The notes beneath the pieces are model-generated. The model had not been told where the DNA came from, did not search any database, and saw only the letters and a program-made list of their open reading frames with translations. A DNA stretch of 64,000 nucleotides from an uncultured bacterium (GTDB taxonomy: Bacteria; Patescibacteriota; Patescibacteriia; CAIQCM01): contig OY970181.1 in the NCBI GenBank assembly GCA_963708045.1, positions 451,740 to 515,739 on the forward strand, given 5' to 3'. How positions within the stretch are numbered: the stretch's first letter is position 1; each line of letters opens with the position of its first letter. The position numbers and the translations under genes are program-made. This document shows positions 20,562 to 29,617 of the stretch, piece by piece.

Positions 20562-22097
20562 ATGAAATTTATTGGCCATAAAAATAAATTTGCTATTTAT
20601 CATATGAATAGCAATAGCTTCCTAGGTGATTGCACCTCTGTTGTTTATCGTCCTAGTAAAAAAGAGATAACAAATGATCATTTATTGGTGAATCACTTAC
20701 TTGTCATTATCAAAAGTCGTGTAGATTTAAAAAAATTACTTACCATTGAAGATATCAGAAAGGCGAATATTTTTGTAAACGATAAACCTGTTTTATTACG
20801 ATTGTCTTCGGAGTGTCTGTTTAGTTCTTTTGGAGATACGCATTGCGACTGCGAGTCACAACGGATTTGTACGCTTCGAGAAATCCATAAATATGGTGAA
20901 GGGATATTTATTCATATACCCCAGGAAGCGCAGGGTAATGGTTTGTTCTATAAGGCAATGGAATTAGAGCTTCAAGTGAACGGGTTTTTGCCTGATGGAA
21001 AATTCGTTGGTCAGAAAAGCGTCACCGAAGCAGCAAAGCTTATGCTGGGTGATTTGAAAAAATTAGATAAAAGAAAGTATTTATCAATAAAAACAGTCTT
21101 TGAAAGTCTGAACCTTCGTAAATATAAGTTCGCGTTGATGAGTGAAAATCCGAAGAAGAAAAAATTTCTTGAAAAAATTTTGGGAGTTAAGATTAGTTCA
21201 ACATACAAGGTCAAGGGTCATATAACCATTGAAAATATCGGAGAATATTTGTCCAAGCTTTATTCAAAAAGTTTTGTTTTGTCCGACGAAGAGCTAAAGG
21301 ATATATACGGTATCATTAATTCAAGTAAAGAAATTCCAGAGCGAGCCGCCTCTGTATTGCGTTTCATTAGCGAGGATATAAAACTAGGAAAACATTTTAA
21401 TGCTAATGGCGAATTATTGGAACATTTGATCGGGCTACTCAACATTAAGAAAAAACGCGAGTTGATTCAGGGTCTCGATCTTTTTCAAGACTCGGAAGCT
21501 TATGAGGAATACCACACGGAACTACGCATTGATACTGATGGCTTGGAAAAACTGTTCAAGTCTGGGATATTGATAAGTGATGAATTGTTGCGTTATGAAG
21601 AGAACTTTTTTTACGACCTGCCTTACTTCTCATTAATTCCTTGCCGGACTCTTAAAATACGAAAAGCGTTCAAATTGAATGACCTCAAACATCCATTACA
21701 ATGCGAGTTAATCTATAAAATCCCAATCAAAGACAAAAATAATTTGATCAAGTGTATTGGGATTGATAATGAAGATATTATCAATTTAATTGATGTTTCC
21801 CTTAAGGATTATAATGTTCATGCTTTGCCTGTTTTTACGCATAAGGTAGTAAATAAATCTAAAAACATAAAAACTTTGATCAAACGGTATTCACATGACT
21901 TGCGGGTCTTGAGCCTGATGGGAGAAAAGAACGAGGTTGATATTTTAATGAACGAAATTAATAAACTACTAAAGACTTCGGAAATCAACATACTTTCTGA
22001 TCAGAGCCATGCAAATGCTAAGACGCCTACTAACTTCAATTGGAATAAATTAGCGCTTGAGGAAACTAATTTCTATAAAAAATATTTCATTGGTTAA
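20562..22097 (+). CDS. hypothetical protein with a GTP cyclohydrolase II (RibA)-like N-terminal domain; first gene of the AT-rich island
   Basis: GDTHCDCESQRICTLREIHKYGEGIFIHIPQEAQGNGLFYKAMELELQ parallels the RibA zinc/catalytic region (CDCG-Q...EGRG...GL..K..AY.LQ); C-terminal about 350 aa unassigned; AT-rich codon usage. Confidence 0.5.
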   Translation: MKFIGHKNKFAIYHMNSNSFLGDCTSVVYRPSKKEITNDHLLVNHLLVIIKSRVDLKKLLTIEDIRKANIFVNDKPVLLRLSSECLFSSFGDTHCDCESQRICTLREIHKYGEGIFIHIPQEAQGNGLFYKAMELELQVNGFLPDGKFVGQKSVTEAAKLMLGDLKKLDKRKYLSIKTVFESLNLRKYKFALMSENPKKKKFLEKILGVKISSTYKVKGHITIENIGEYLSKLYSKSFVLSDEELKDIYGIINSSKEIPERAASVLRFISEDIKLGKHFNANGELLEHLIGLLNIKKKRELIQGLDLFQDSEAYEEYHTELRIDTDGLEKLFKSGILISDELLRYEENFFYDLPYFSLIPCRTLKIRKAFKLNDLKHPLQCELIYKIPIKDKNNLIKCIGIDNEDIINLIDVSLKDYNVHALPVFTHKVVNKSKNIKTLIKRYSHDLRVLSLMGEKNEVDILMNEINKLLKTSEINILSDQSHANAKTPTNFNWNKLALEETNFYKKYFIG

Positions 22098-22101
22098 AAT
22101 T

Positions 22102-22740
22102 ATGCCTGTTGAAAGAGAAATAAAATACTTTTTTCCGTTATCAAGATTTGGAGAGCTGCGCTCTATTTTAAGCATGTTTGAATATACGGGGACAACTCAT
22201 GAGATGACGTCAATGTTTGATAATCCTAACCCCGACTTAAGCTTTTATCACCCGAAAGTTGATGGTCGGTTAAGATTAAGGGTGGCGAAATGTTTGGATG
22301 GTGATACACAAAACAAAACAACTGGTTTGTTATCTTGGAAACAGCGAATTCCCGAACATGCCCACTCGGCGATTCGTCATGAGCACGAGGTGGAATGTGA
22401 GATTTCTGATAATTCAATTGCAAATATGCAAACTATTCTTCAGGATATTTTAAAATGTCCGCTAATTTCGTCGTATGAACGAGAGCGATCTCATTATTAT
22501 GACGATGGTTTAAAAATAACTCTTGACCGTTTTCCTTATGGGTTAATGTTGGAAATTGAATTTGCTAACGAAACGATTGGTCACAGCGCACTGGAAAAGA
22601 TCTTGGGAAAAATTGGCCTAAAAGAAGATGACGCTTCAAGATTATCCTGTGATGATATGTATAAGCGCCTATGTAAGTTGCAGAATAAACAAATTAAGGA
22701 GCATATCCACTTTGGTGACAAAGATATACCTTTAATATAA
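22102..22740 (+). CDS. CYTH-domain (triphosphate tunnel metalloenzyme) protein
   Basis: N-terminal ExExK (VEREIKYFF), RLRLR, HEHEVECEI (ExExE), ITLDRFPYGLMLEIEF (D..G..LEIE); start at ATG 22102 rather than the overlapping track start. Confidence 0.65.
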   Translation: MPVEREIKYFFPLSRFGELRSILSMFEYTGTTHEMTSMFDNPNPDLSFYHPKVDGRLRLRVAKCLDGDTQNKTTGLLSWKQRIPEHAHSAIRHEHEVECEISDNSIANMQTILQDILKCPLISSYERERSHYYDDGLKITLDRFPYGLMLEIEFANETIGHSALEKILGKIGLKEDDASRLSCDDMYKRLCKLQNKQIKEHIHFGDKDIPLI

Positions 22741-22745
22741 TTTAA

Positions 22746-23397
22746 ATGGCCACTTTTAATAAAAATAAATTGATCGTCTTTGATCTAGACAAAACCATAA
22801 CTGCTGGTTATAGCTGGGCGCGCTTGAATTTTGGCCTAGGTATGACGCGAGACGAAGATATTAGTTTGTCTGAAGAATATTATCAAAAAAACAAATTCAC
22901 AGAATGGACTTCTCGGGTATTAGATATTTATAAAACGCGAAGTATTCCCACTAAGAAAAATGTTCAAAATATATTGAAGGACTTTGAATATACATCTGGC
23001 GCCGAAGAGTGTATAAAAAAATTAAAAAAAATGAATTTTAAAATTGCTATTATTTCTTCTGCGCCAGATGTTTTTGTTAAATTAGTTAGTAATAAACTAA
23101 AAATCAAGAATTTTCGTTTTAATAATACACTAATCTTTGGTGAAAACAATTTTTTAATTAATATTTCAACGGATGGGGAGGATAAGTATACAAAATTTGC
23201 ACATTTGAAAGACCTCTGCCATTTAAGAAAAAGTGGATATGGAAGAAACAGTTATTGTGGGTGACGGGGATAATGATGAATTGTTGTTTAAAGCCTCAAA
23301 ATATTCAATCACCTTCAATGATAGTAAGTTTAAAGATGTGGTTTGGAAGACAATCGACAGCCTTGCCGACCTACCTAAAATTTTGAAGAATAGATAG
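22746..23397 (+). pseudogene. HAD-superfamily phosphatase interrupted by a 1-nt frameshift in an A5 run (about 23222-23230)
   Basis: Motif I FDLDKTIT in frame 0 ends ...LRKSGYGRNSYCG*; the conserved motif IV ...VGDGDNDELLF continues in the +1 frame to a stop at 23397; removing one A from agaaaaagt restores a single ORF. Confidence 0.6.
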
Positions 23398-23527
23398 TTG
23401 TTTCTGATCCTGTAGTAATTTGTTAACGAAATAATTTGGACAAGCAGAGATCTAATCAGCGGCGAGCAACAAAACTCGCCGTCGTTTCTTATAGTTTAAT
23501 AATGAATATGCGCAGTTTTTAATATTA

Positions 23528-23588
23528 GTTTTGCATAATTTTTAGCCCTCCCATCTTTCCACGGTCGTGGAAAGATGGGAGGCGAGGG
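23528..23588 (+). repeat. 62-bp hairpin repeat family B, copy 1 (downstream of the PaaX-like gene)
   Basis: ttgcataatttttagccctcccatctttccacggtcgtggaaagatgggaggcgaggg; 13-bp palindromic stem cccatctttccac / gtggaaagatggg. Confidence 0.75.
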
Positions 23589-23609
23589 AAAAAGTGTTGC
23601 AATTAAAAA

Positions 23610-24179
23610 TTATTCATTTGGATTTAGTCCCAAGCCAAAATTAAATGCTAATTTATCATCGCCGTTGAATCTGTTGCAGACAAAATATATAACGCCGCGT
23701 CTAATATGATAATTTGTTTTAGCAAGTTCAATAATGTCTTCGCATGGGAATGGATATATCCAGACGCTCATTTGCAATTGAACCAATCCTAGGTTTTTAA
23801 AAAACGTTCTTATGTTGTCGCGAGAATATCTTTGTCGTTCAGGAACATCAAATGATATTATTCGCCACTTATTATCCCAACGTTTTTGTTGTTTAATTTT
23901 GATATTTTTCATCTCATATCGTAAAAGTTCTGCCTTACCTTTCGCGGTAAGTGAATAATAGGCGATTCCTTTTGTTCTAATTAATTTTATCCATCCGCGT
24001 TCGCGCAAACGACGTGTTGTATAATTTATCCGCCAGTGTGATTTAAAATCAGTTCGTTTAATTGAACAAGGATCAATAGCCTCGTCAATAAATGTTAAAA
24101 ATTTCTTTAAAGTCACGACTCCGTGATCTCCGATAATTTTTAATGCAGCGAATGTATTTTTTGAATATTTGTTTTGCAT
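23610..24179 (-). CDS. PaaX-like transcriptional regulator (short form: wHTH + PaaX middle-domain motif)
   Basis: WDNKWRIISFDVPERQRYSRDNIRTFFKNLGLVQLQMSVWIYP matches the PaaX signature W.G.W..v.yDiPe..R..Rd.lR..L...GF..Lq.SvW..P; N-terminal RERGWI winged-helix-like; start taken at the second Met. Confidence 0.5.
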   Translation of the reverse strand: MQNKYSKNTFAALKIIGDHGVVTLKKFLTFIDEAIDPCSIKRTDFKSHWRINYTTRRLRERGWIKLIRTKGIAYYSLTAKGKAELLRYEMKNIKIKQQKRWDNKWRIISFDVPERQRYSRDNIRTFFKNLGLVQLQMSVWIYPFPCEDIIELAKTNYHIRRGVIYFVCNRFNGDDKLAFNFGLGLNPNE

Positions 24180-24232
24180 AATTTTTAGCCCTCCCATCTT
24201 TCAACGGTCGTGGAAAGATGGGATGGGGTAGA
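24171..24232 (+). repeat. 62-bp hairpin repeat family B, copy 2 (overlaps the PaaX-like gene start)
   Basis: ttgcataatttttagccctcccatctttcaacggtcgtggaaagatgggatggggtag; direct repeat of copy 1 about 640 bp away with 3 mismatches. Confidence 0.75.
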
Positions 24233-24484
24233 CGAGATAAAAAATAAAGAAAGAAAATGTTAGTAAATTTTTGTTTATAATATTTTTTTAATATATCTGC
24301 TGAATGTAATTTTTGTGTTATTTGAAATTGTTTTTTAATTTTAAAAATACGAAATTTATTTAAGTTATCCCGACGGAGAAACAAGTTTCTCCGTCGGGAT
24401 TTTGCGGTGCGCGGTTGGCGCGGGCGGGCAAACCAAGTCATTTGAAGTAATTGGTCAGATTGTTTTTTGGTTTGCGGTGGCGCG

Positions 24485-25087
24485 TTATATGCCGAGAGCG
24501 GCGACGGCAACGGGGGCGGTGAGGGCGGCAAGAATTGCGGCAACTGACCCTGAAACGCCGGCGGCAATAAGACTGTTCTTGACCGACGTTTTCATCCCAA
24601 TCTTGGGATTGTCAAAGCATCCCTTGAGGCAAAAACCGTAGGCAATGACGCTTTTGTTTATTACCCCGATGCACGGCGTTCGGCTTTTAAACCAACCGGC
24701 AAGATGCAGTTCAACAAGCGTGATTGTTGTGCGTTCGTTCGTTACTTCCAAAACAAGATGCGGCGCCCATTGGTTGATACAGCCGGCCATGTACTCGCTT
24801 GAAACGTAAATCTTGATTTTGAATTTACCAACGGAAACAGTTGGCCCTTCATCCGAAGAAAACGTAAGTTCAAAAGCGTTTTCTTCGGTTATGAGCGGGG
24901 GACTGACTGCAATTAATGCTTCGTATTCGGTAATGTTGGCGGCGGTCGCACCGTTTTCAAAAACAACATTTACGTTGTCTTCATCGCTTCCAACGGACGT
25001 CGCTCGTCCCAGTGTTTCCTTGCTGCAGGCGGTTTGTGAAAAAAGCGCTATGAAAAAAATCGGCAATACCGTTTTTCTTGTCTTCAT
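24485..25087 (-). CDS. hypothetical lipoprotein
   Basis: MKTRKTVLPIFFIALFSQTAC signal/lipobox; C-terminal hydrophobic tail. Confidence 0.55.
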   Translation of the reverse strand: MKTRKTVLPIFFIALFSQTACSKETLGRATSVGSDEDNVNVVFENGATAANITEYEALIAVSPPLITEENAFELTFSSDEGPTVSVGKFKIKIYVSSEYMAGCINQWAPHLVLEVTNERTTITLVELHLAGWFKSRTPCIGVINKSVIAYGFCLKGCFDNPKIGMKTSVKNSLIAAGVSGSVAAILAALTAPVAVAALGI

Positions 25088-25444
25088 CGTGTTGCTCCTT
25101 GTAAATGACCAATGCCAAATGGCATCTTCATCGTACCGAATACGAAAAAAAATTTAACCAAAGTGTTGGCGTGCATCAACAAGTGTCATTTTTAATCGGA
25201 AAAAGCGTTGGCGGTGGATAACAGGTGAATATTTTTTCGTCGTTAAAAAAAGTTGTTCGGTTTTTTAAAAAATATTTTTAAAGTGTCGGGCGGCGCCGAC
25301 ATATTTTTTTGCTGGTTAAACAAAATTTTTTGCGTGTTGTTATGCACAGCCGACACTTTGCTAAAAGGGTTTTTTGCTATTGCGTACACTGGTTGTGGGT
25401 GAAAGCACCTTGAAAAATCAACCAAACAACGAAAGGCACGGAAA

Positions 25445-26932
25445 ATGAAGACGAAGACACTCGCAATCGTAGTTTTGTTTTTGGCATCCTGCGGCGCGGA
25501 AATAAAGGTTAAAAAACCCGCAACAGAAACAACGACTGGTACGCGATCGGGGACAACGGTCACACAAAAGTTTGACGCTGGTGTTTCCACGCCCGCAACA
25601 AAATCAACACCAAACTCGGTCAGCGAATCAACGGGTGCCGTGATCACGGCGGCGCAGGTTTTGCGTCATCTCCCAGGGACGGCGGTCAAACTGGCAGGCG
25701 GGGGAACGGTATACTTGGTCGCGAGCGACGGCACACTGTCTTCGTTTTCCAACACGACTGCGCTGCACACCTCGGGATATTCGGACGCGATGGTCGCGAC
25801 AATTACGGCGGCGGAATTTTCTTGCTATCGCACGGGGAAAACGATTAAAAGCGGTCTGCCGGCGCCTGGCGAAGGACATCTGCGCGACGGGACGCTTGTT
25901 AAAGAGAATAACAAATCCACGGTTTATATTGTTTCCGATGGTATTGCTTGGTCAATTGTCAGTATGGATGTTTTTACGGCCGCCGGTTATAAAACAGAAT
26001 CAGTTGAAATCGTAAACGCCGGAACAATAAGAAATCTTGTTGATGAAGTTGGAAGTTGCGCCGACGGATTGGCTTGTTTGGATGCTGAATATTTAAGTTC
26101 GTGCGCTAAAGAAGAAATCGGCGACATTTCGCTTCCGCCGATTACGGTGGAAGACACGGGCGTCAAAACTTCGGCCACGACTTCGGTGGGAACGTCGGTC
26201 GCGACGCAAACCCGTACGACAATTGCGACTTCGGTGCAAACAGCAACAACCATGGCGACCGCGGCTCCAACTTCGGTCGCGACCTCGGTTGCGACAACAA
26301 TGCCGACTTCGGTTGCAACTTCAATTGCGACTTCGGTGCCTATACAAACACAAACCGTCGTAATGGTGCAAACAGCGACGCAAAATACAGTTCAAGTGAC
26401 GAGCGCCGCGACGGCGCTTGCGACAAGTACGCAAACGGCAAGTGTGGTTTCGGTTACTTCGGTCGCAACCTCAGCGCAAACGCAAACAACGACGCAGACA
26501 ACTACCATAACCGCTGTTGCAACAGGTACGCCAGCAACCTGGGTTTGGATGGGGGATGGGACGAAACTTTGTTTGAATGCGGTTTACTTTATGCCGCGTT
26601 CGGCAACACGGGCGGTGCTAAGAACGTGGACAGGACCGTATGTAACTGGCACAAATGCCGGACCGGTTACGGGCAAGGACGCACAAAATCGTTTTTGCTG
26701 GGACTTTGTCGGAATGCCAGCGGGAATTTACCGTCTTTGGGCCGATGTGCCGGCAACGACTTGCGCCAATACTGATTTTTGCGGCGATGATGGAATGGGT
26801 GGGGACGGCGCACAATATGGCACAGCGCCGAACGCTACGGCGACCGAACGTAAATGGCTCTACTGCCTAGACACAGGTTGCGATGGTTACGCTGTTTTTA
26901 ACGGAACAGCCTGGATTCCGGCCAATTCTTAA
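25445..26932 (+). CDS. hypothetical cell-surface lipoprotein with a Thr/Ser/Val/Ala tandem-repeat region
   Basis: MKTKTLAIVVLFLASCG lipobox; nucleotide tandem repeats acttcggt(c/t)gcgac encode TSVATSVATTMPTSVATSIATSVP... Confidence 0.6.
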   Translation: MKTKTLAIVVLFLASCGAEIKVKKPATETTTGTRSGTTVTQKFDAGVSTPATKSTPNSVSESTGAVITAAQVLRHLPGTAVKLAGGGTVYLVASDGTLSSFSNTTALHTSGYSDAMVATITAAEFSCYRTGKTIKSGLPAPGEGHLRDGTLVKENNKSTVYIVSDGIAWSIVSMDVFTAAGYKTESVEIVNAGTIRNLVDEVGSCADGLACLDAEYLSSCAKEEIGDISLPPITVEDTGVKTSATTSVGTSVATQTRTTIATSVQTATTMATAAPTSVATSVATTMPTSVATSIATSVPIQTQTVVMVQTATQNTVQVTSAATALATSTQTASVVSVTSVATSAQTQTTTQTTTITAVATGTPATWVWMGDGTKLCLNAVYFMPRSATRAVLRTWTGPYVTGTNAGPVTGKDAQNRFCWDFVGMPAGIYRLWADVPATTCANTDFCGDDGMGGDGAQYGTAPNATATERKWLYCLDTGCDGYAVFNGTAWIPANS

Positions 26933-27063
26933 CAATTTCGCAAACTTCCTTTTCAGCCGCTCCAATGCTATCGGGGCGGCTGATTTTCTTATATTTTTGC
27001 GGATAAATTTGGCCTATGAGCAAAATATTCTTTCTGCTATACTATATTAAATTACTGCGCACA

Positions 27064-29610
27064 ATGAAAAAGTTTTTAAACAATATAAAATTTTGGCTGG
27101 TCAGCCTTGGGGCGGTGACTCTGTCTTTTGCTTTTGCGACCGCGGCTAAGGCTGCAGGAGAAACCGTTACCTCTCAGGTTATTTCCGAAGGTATTGGTTG
27201 GGCGCTAAATAAATTAGTTATTTCTCCGCTCGTTGGCGTGCTTGGTAATGTCGCGCTAATTTTAATAGATTTTTTGGTTAAAGTCGTAAGTTATACCGGC
27301 TATATGACGTCGCCAGCGGTGGTGAACGGTTGGATTGTTGTGCGCGACGTTGCCAATATGTTCTTTGTGGCAATGTTTCTCGTCATCGCCATTGGTACTA
27401 TTGTTAACCCGGGAAAATTTCAGGGAATGCGCGCCATTGTCCGCCTGCTTCTTTATGCCATCTTTGTAAACTTTAGCAAAACCATCGCTGGACTTTGTAT
27501 TGACGCTTCCAACATTGTAATGCTCACTTTTGTTAATGGTTTTAAAGCCGCGGCTGGTGGTAATTTTGTGGACGCCCTTGGAATGCGCAGTTTGGTGACA
27601 ATAAACCCGAACGAAGCCGCTCCTTTAACCGGCCTTATTGGCGCGCAACTAGTTGGTTTAATAATGATGGTCATCATCGTTGTTTTGATCGGCATAATTT
27701 TGATCGCAATGGTAATGCGTATGATAACGCTGTGGTTTTTAATTGTCGTCTCACCGCTCGCTTTTGCAATGGGCGGAACAGAAATGACCAAGCCGCGTTA
27801 TGCCGAATGGTGGAAGCGTTTTTCCGCCCAGCTCACAACTGGTCCGCTGGTTGCCTTTTTCTTGTGGCTAACTTTGGCAACGGTTCAGCAACAGCCGGTC
27901 GGTGCCGATCTTGCTGGTACTGGCCCGGGCAGTATTTCGGGCGCGCAAACTGCTGGTGCTAAAGAAATCACTTCTTGCACCAGCGAATTTTGCAAACAGT
28001 CACAAATAATGCGTTTCGTGATCGCTGCGCTAATGCTCTTGGGCGGTCTTATGTTTGCCAAAGAATTTGAAGGTGTGGGTGGCGAGCTCGCTGGCGCGGC
28101 GTTAAACAAAGGAAAAGGCGCGATGAACTATGTTGGTAAGCGCGCACTCAAACTTGGCGCAATCGGCGTCGGCGTGGCGGCGGCGCCGGTTTTGGGCGGA
28201 GCTATTGCTGGTGGTTATTTGATGTCAAGAACCGAAACCGGAAAAGGTATTTTGGGTCGGGCGGGAACTGGCATAGGACGCGGAATATCGGCGGCGCAAA
28301 ATAAAAATATCGCCGCTCGGTGGGCAATGCGACTTACGGGAATTGGTGCGGCTGGCCGTTTAGCAACTTCGCTTGGCAATAAACAATTAGCCGCCGCCGA
28401 TAAAACGGCGCGTGACAGGATGCAGTATTACAGTCAAGATCAGGTTGAAGAAGTTGCTTCCAGTAGCCTTTCTAGTTACCCAGAAAAACGTGCCGCCGCG
28501 TTGCGTATTGCGAAGGATAAAGATTATCGCAATGCCAATATTAATGATGCTGATCCCGAAAAACGCGCCAAGGCCGAACGTCGGCTTAAAATATTGCAAC
28601 AGTCAATTAAAACGCTTTCCGAAATTAACGGCGACAAAGATGCGGATGATGCGATTAAGGAAGTTAAGGAAGTTCGTCCCGAAGCCTTGGCAATGGGGCC
28701 GAAACCGGTTAATTTTGCCGACTTTGGTCACGGGTTTAATATTCGCGAAGGCGCGTCAAAACTTCGCCTTGACCTAATGTCGGAAGCGAATAGAAATGAA
28801 TTTTTGCACAACCTTCGTCCTGACGATCTTAAAGAATTGTATAAGCGCACCAGCGCCGACGGCAAACGGGCGATTGATGCGTATAGAATGGGCTCGCTTC
28901 CAACAAGGCCGGAATTGGATACGGCAGTTAAGAGTGGTCAACTCACCGCAGATGATATAGCTGATCTACCCGCAGAACGTTATGTTCCAGGGAGGACGGA
29001 TGGCTCTACCGAAACCAATATTGATTTAGCAAGAAGTGTTTTGGAAAACGGCAAACCCGGGCAGATACGCGCATTTTTGTCGCGCGAGGATGCTCATCTT
29101 TTTGGCGAGGCTATGCGCGATGCTTTGCGGGGGAATTTAAATTTTTCAACTGGTGCTGGTTTTGATGGTCATACTGGAACAATGACCGACGACAATATGC
29201 GTTTGGCCGAGGGTGCGATTATCGCCAATATAGGAGCTAACGCACAAAGCCGGGAAAAGCTTTTGAAAGACACATACCGCGTTAAAGATGATGGAACTTT
29301 TGTTGATCCGAGAATGGAGTCGTCTTTTGTCGCGGCGTTAAGCTCGCCGCGAAAAGTTGACATGCTTATGAGTTTGCCGGAAAGTGCTTATAATGACGAA
29401 ACAAAAAAAATTACTCAGCACATAATAAGCAGTTTACAAGATCAAGATCTTGTTGATTTTGCTAGTCGTGCCACGACCGCCGAAGACGATCGCAGATTAA
29501 ATTGGTTGTTAAAGACGGTAGCTGCCGCTGGTAATGCTGGTAATGCAAGAGCGGCCTCTCTTGCACAAAATGCAAGCATACATCCCGACCTTGGGCATCA
29601 TATGTCGTAA
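27064..29610 (+). CDS. TrbL/VirB6-like type IV secretion inner-membrane protein with a long hydrophilic C-terminal extension
   Basis: Signal MKKFLNNIKFWLVSLGAVTLSFAFATAAKAAG, then 5-6 TM helices in the first about 290 aa; head of a cluster with a PrgI/VirB3-like protein and VirB4; track start 27016 is probably too early. Confidence 0.55.
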   Translation: MKKFLNNIKFWLVSLGAVTLSFAFATAAKAAGETVTSQVISEGIGWALNKLVISPLVGVLGNVALILIDFLVKVVSYTGYMTSPAVVNGWIVVRDVANMFFVAMFLVIAIGTIVNPGKFQGMRAIVRLLLYAIFVNFSKTIAGLCIDASNIVMLTFVNGFKAAAGGNFVDALGMRSLVTINPNEAAPLTGLIGAQLVGLIMMVIIVVLIGIILIAMVMRMITLWFLIVVSPLAFAMGGTEMTKPRYAEWWKRFSAQLTTGPLVAFFLWLTLATVQQQPVGADLAGTGPGSISGAQTAGAKEITSCTSEFCKQSQIMRFVIAALMLLGGLMFAKEFEGVGGELAGAALNKGKGAMNYVGKRALKLGAIGVGVAAAPVLGGAIAGGYLMSRTETGKGILGRAGTGIGRGISAAQNKNIAARWAMRLTGIGAAGRLATSLGNKQLAAADKTARDRMQYYSQDQVEEVASSSLSSYPEKRAAALRIAKDKDYRNANINDADPEKRAKAERRLKILQQSIKTLSEINGDKDADDAIKEVKEVRPEALAMGPKPVNFADFGHGFNIREGASKLRLDLMSEANRNEFLHNLRPDDLKELYKRTSADGKRAIDAYRMGSLPTRPELDTAVKSGQLTADDIADLPAERYVPGRTDGSTETNIDLARSVLENGKPGQIRAFLSREDAHLFGEAMRDALRGNLNFSTGAGFDGHTGTMTDDNMRLAEGAIIANIGANAQSREKLLKDTYRVKDDGTFVDPRMESSFVAALSSPRKVDMLMSLPESAYNDETKKITQHIISSLQDQDLVDFASRATTAEDDRRLNWLLKTVAAAGNAGNARAASLAQNASIHPDLGHHMS

Positions 29611-29617
29611 ATAATCC

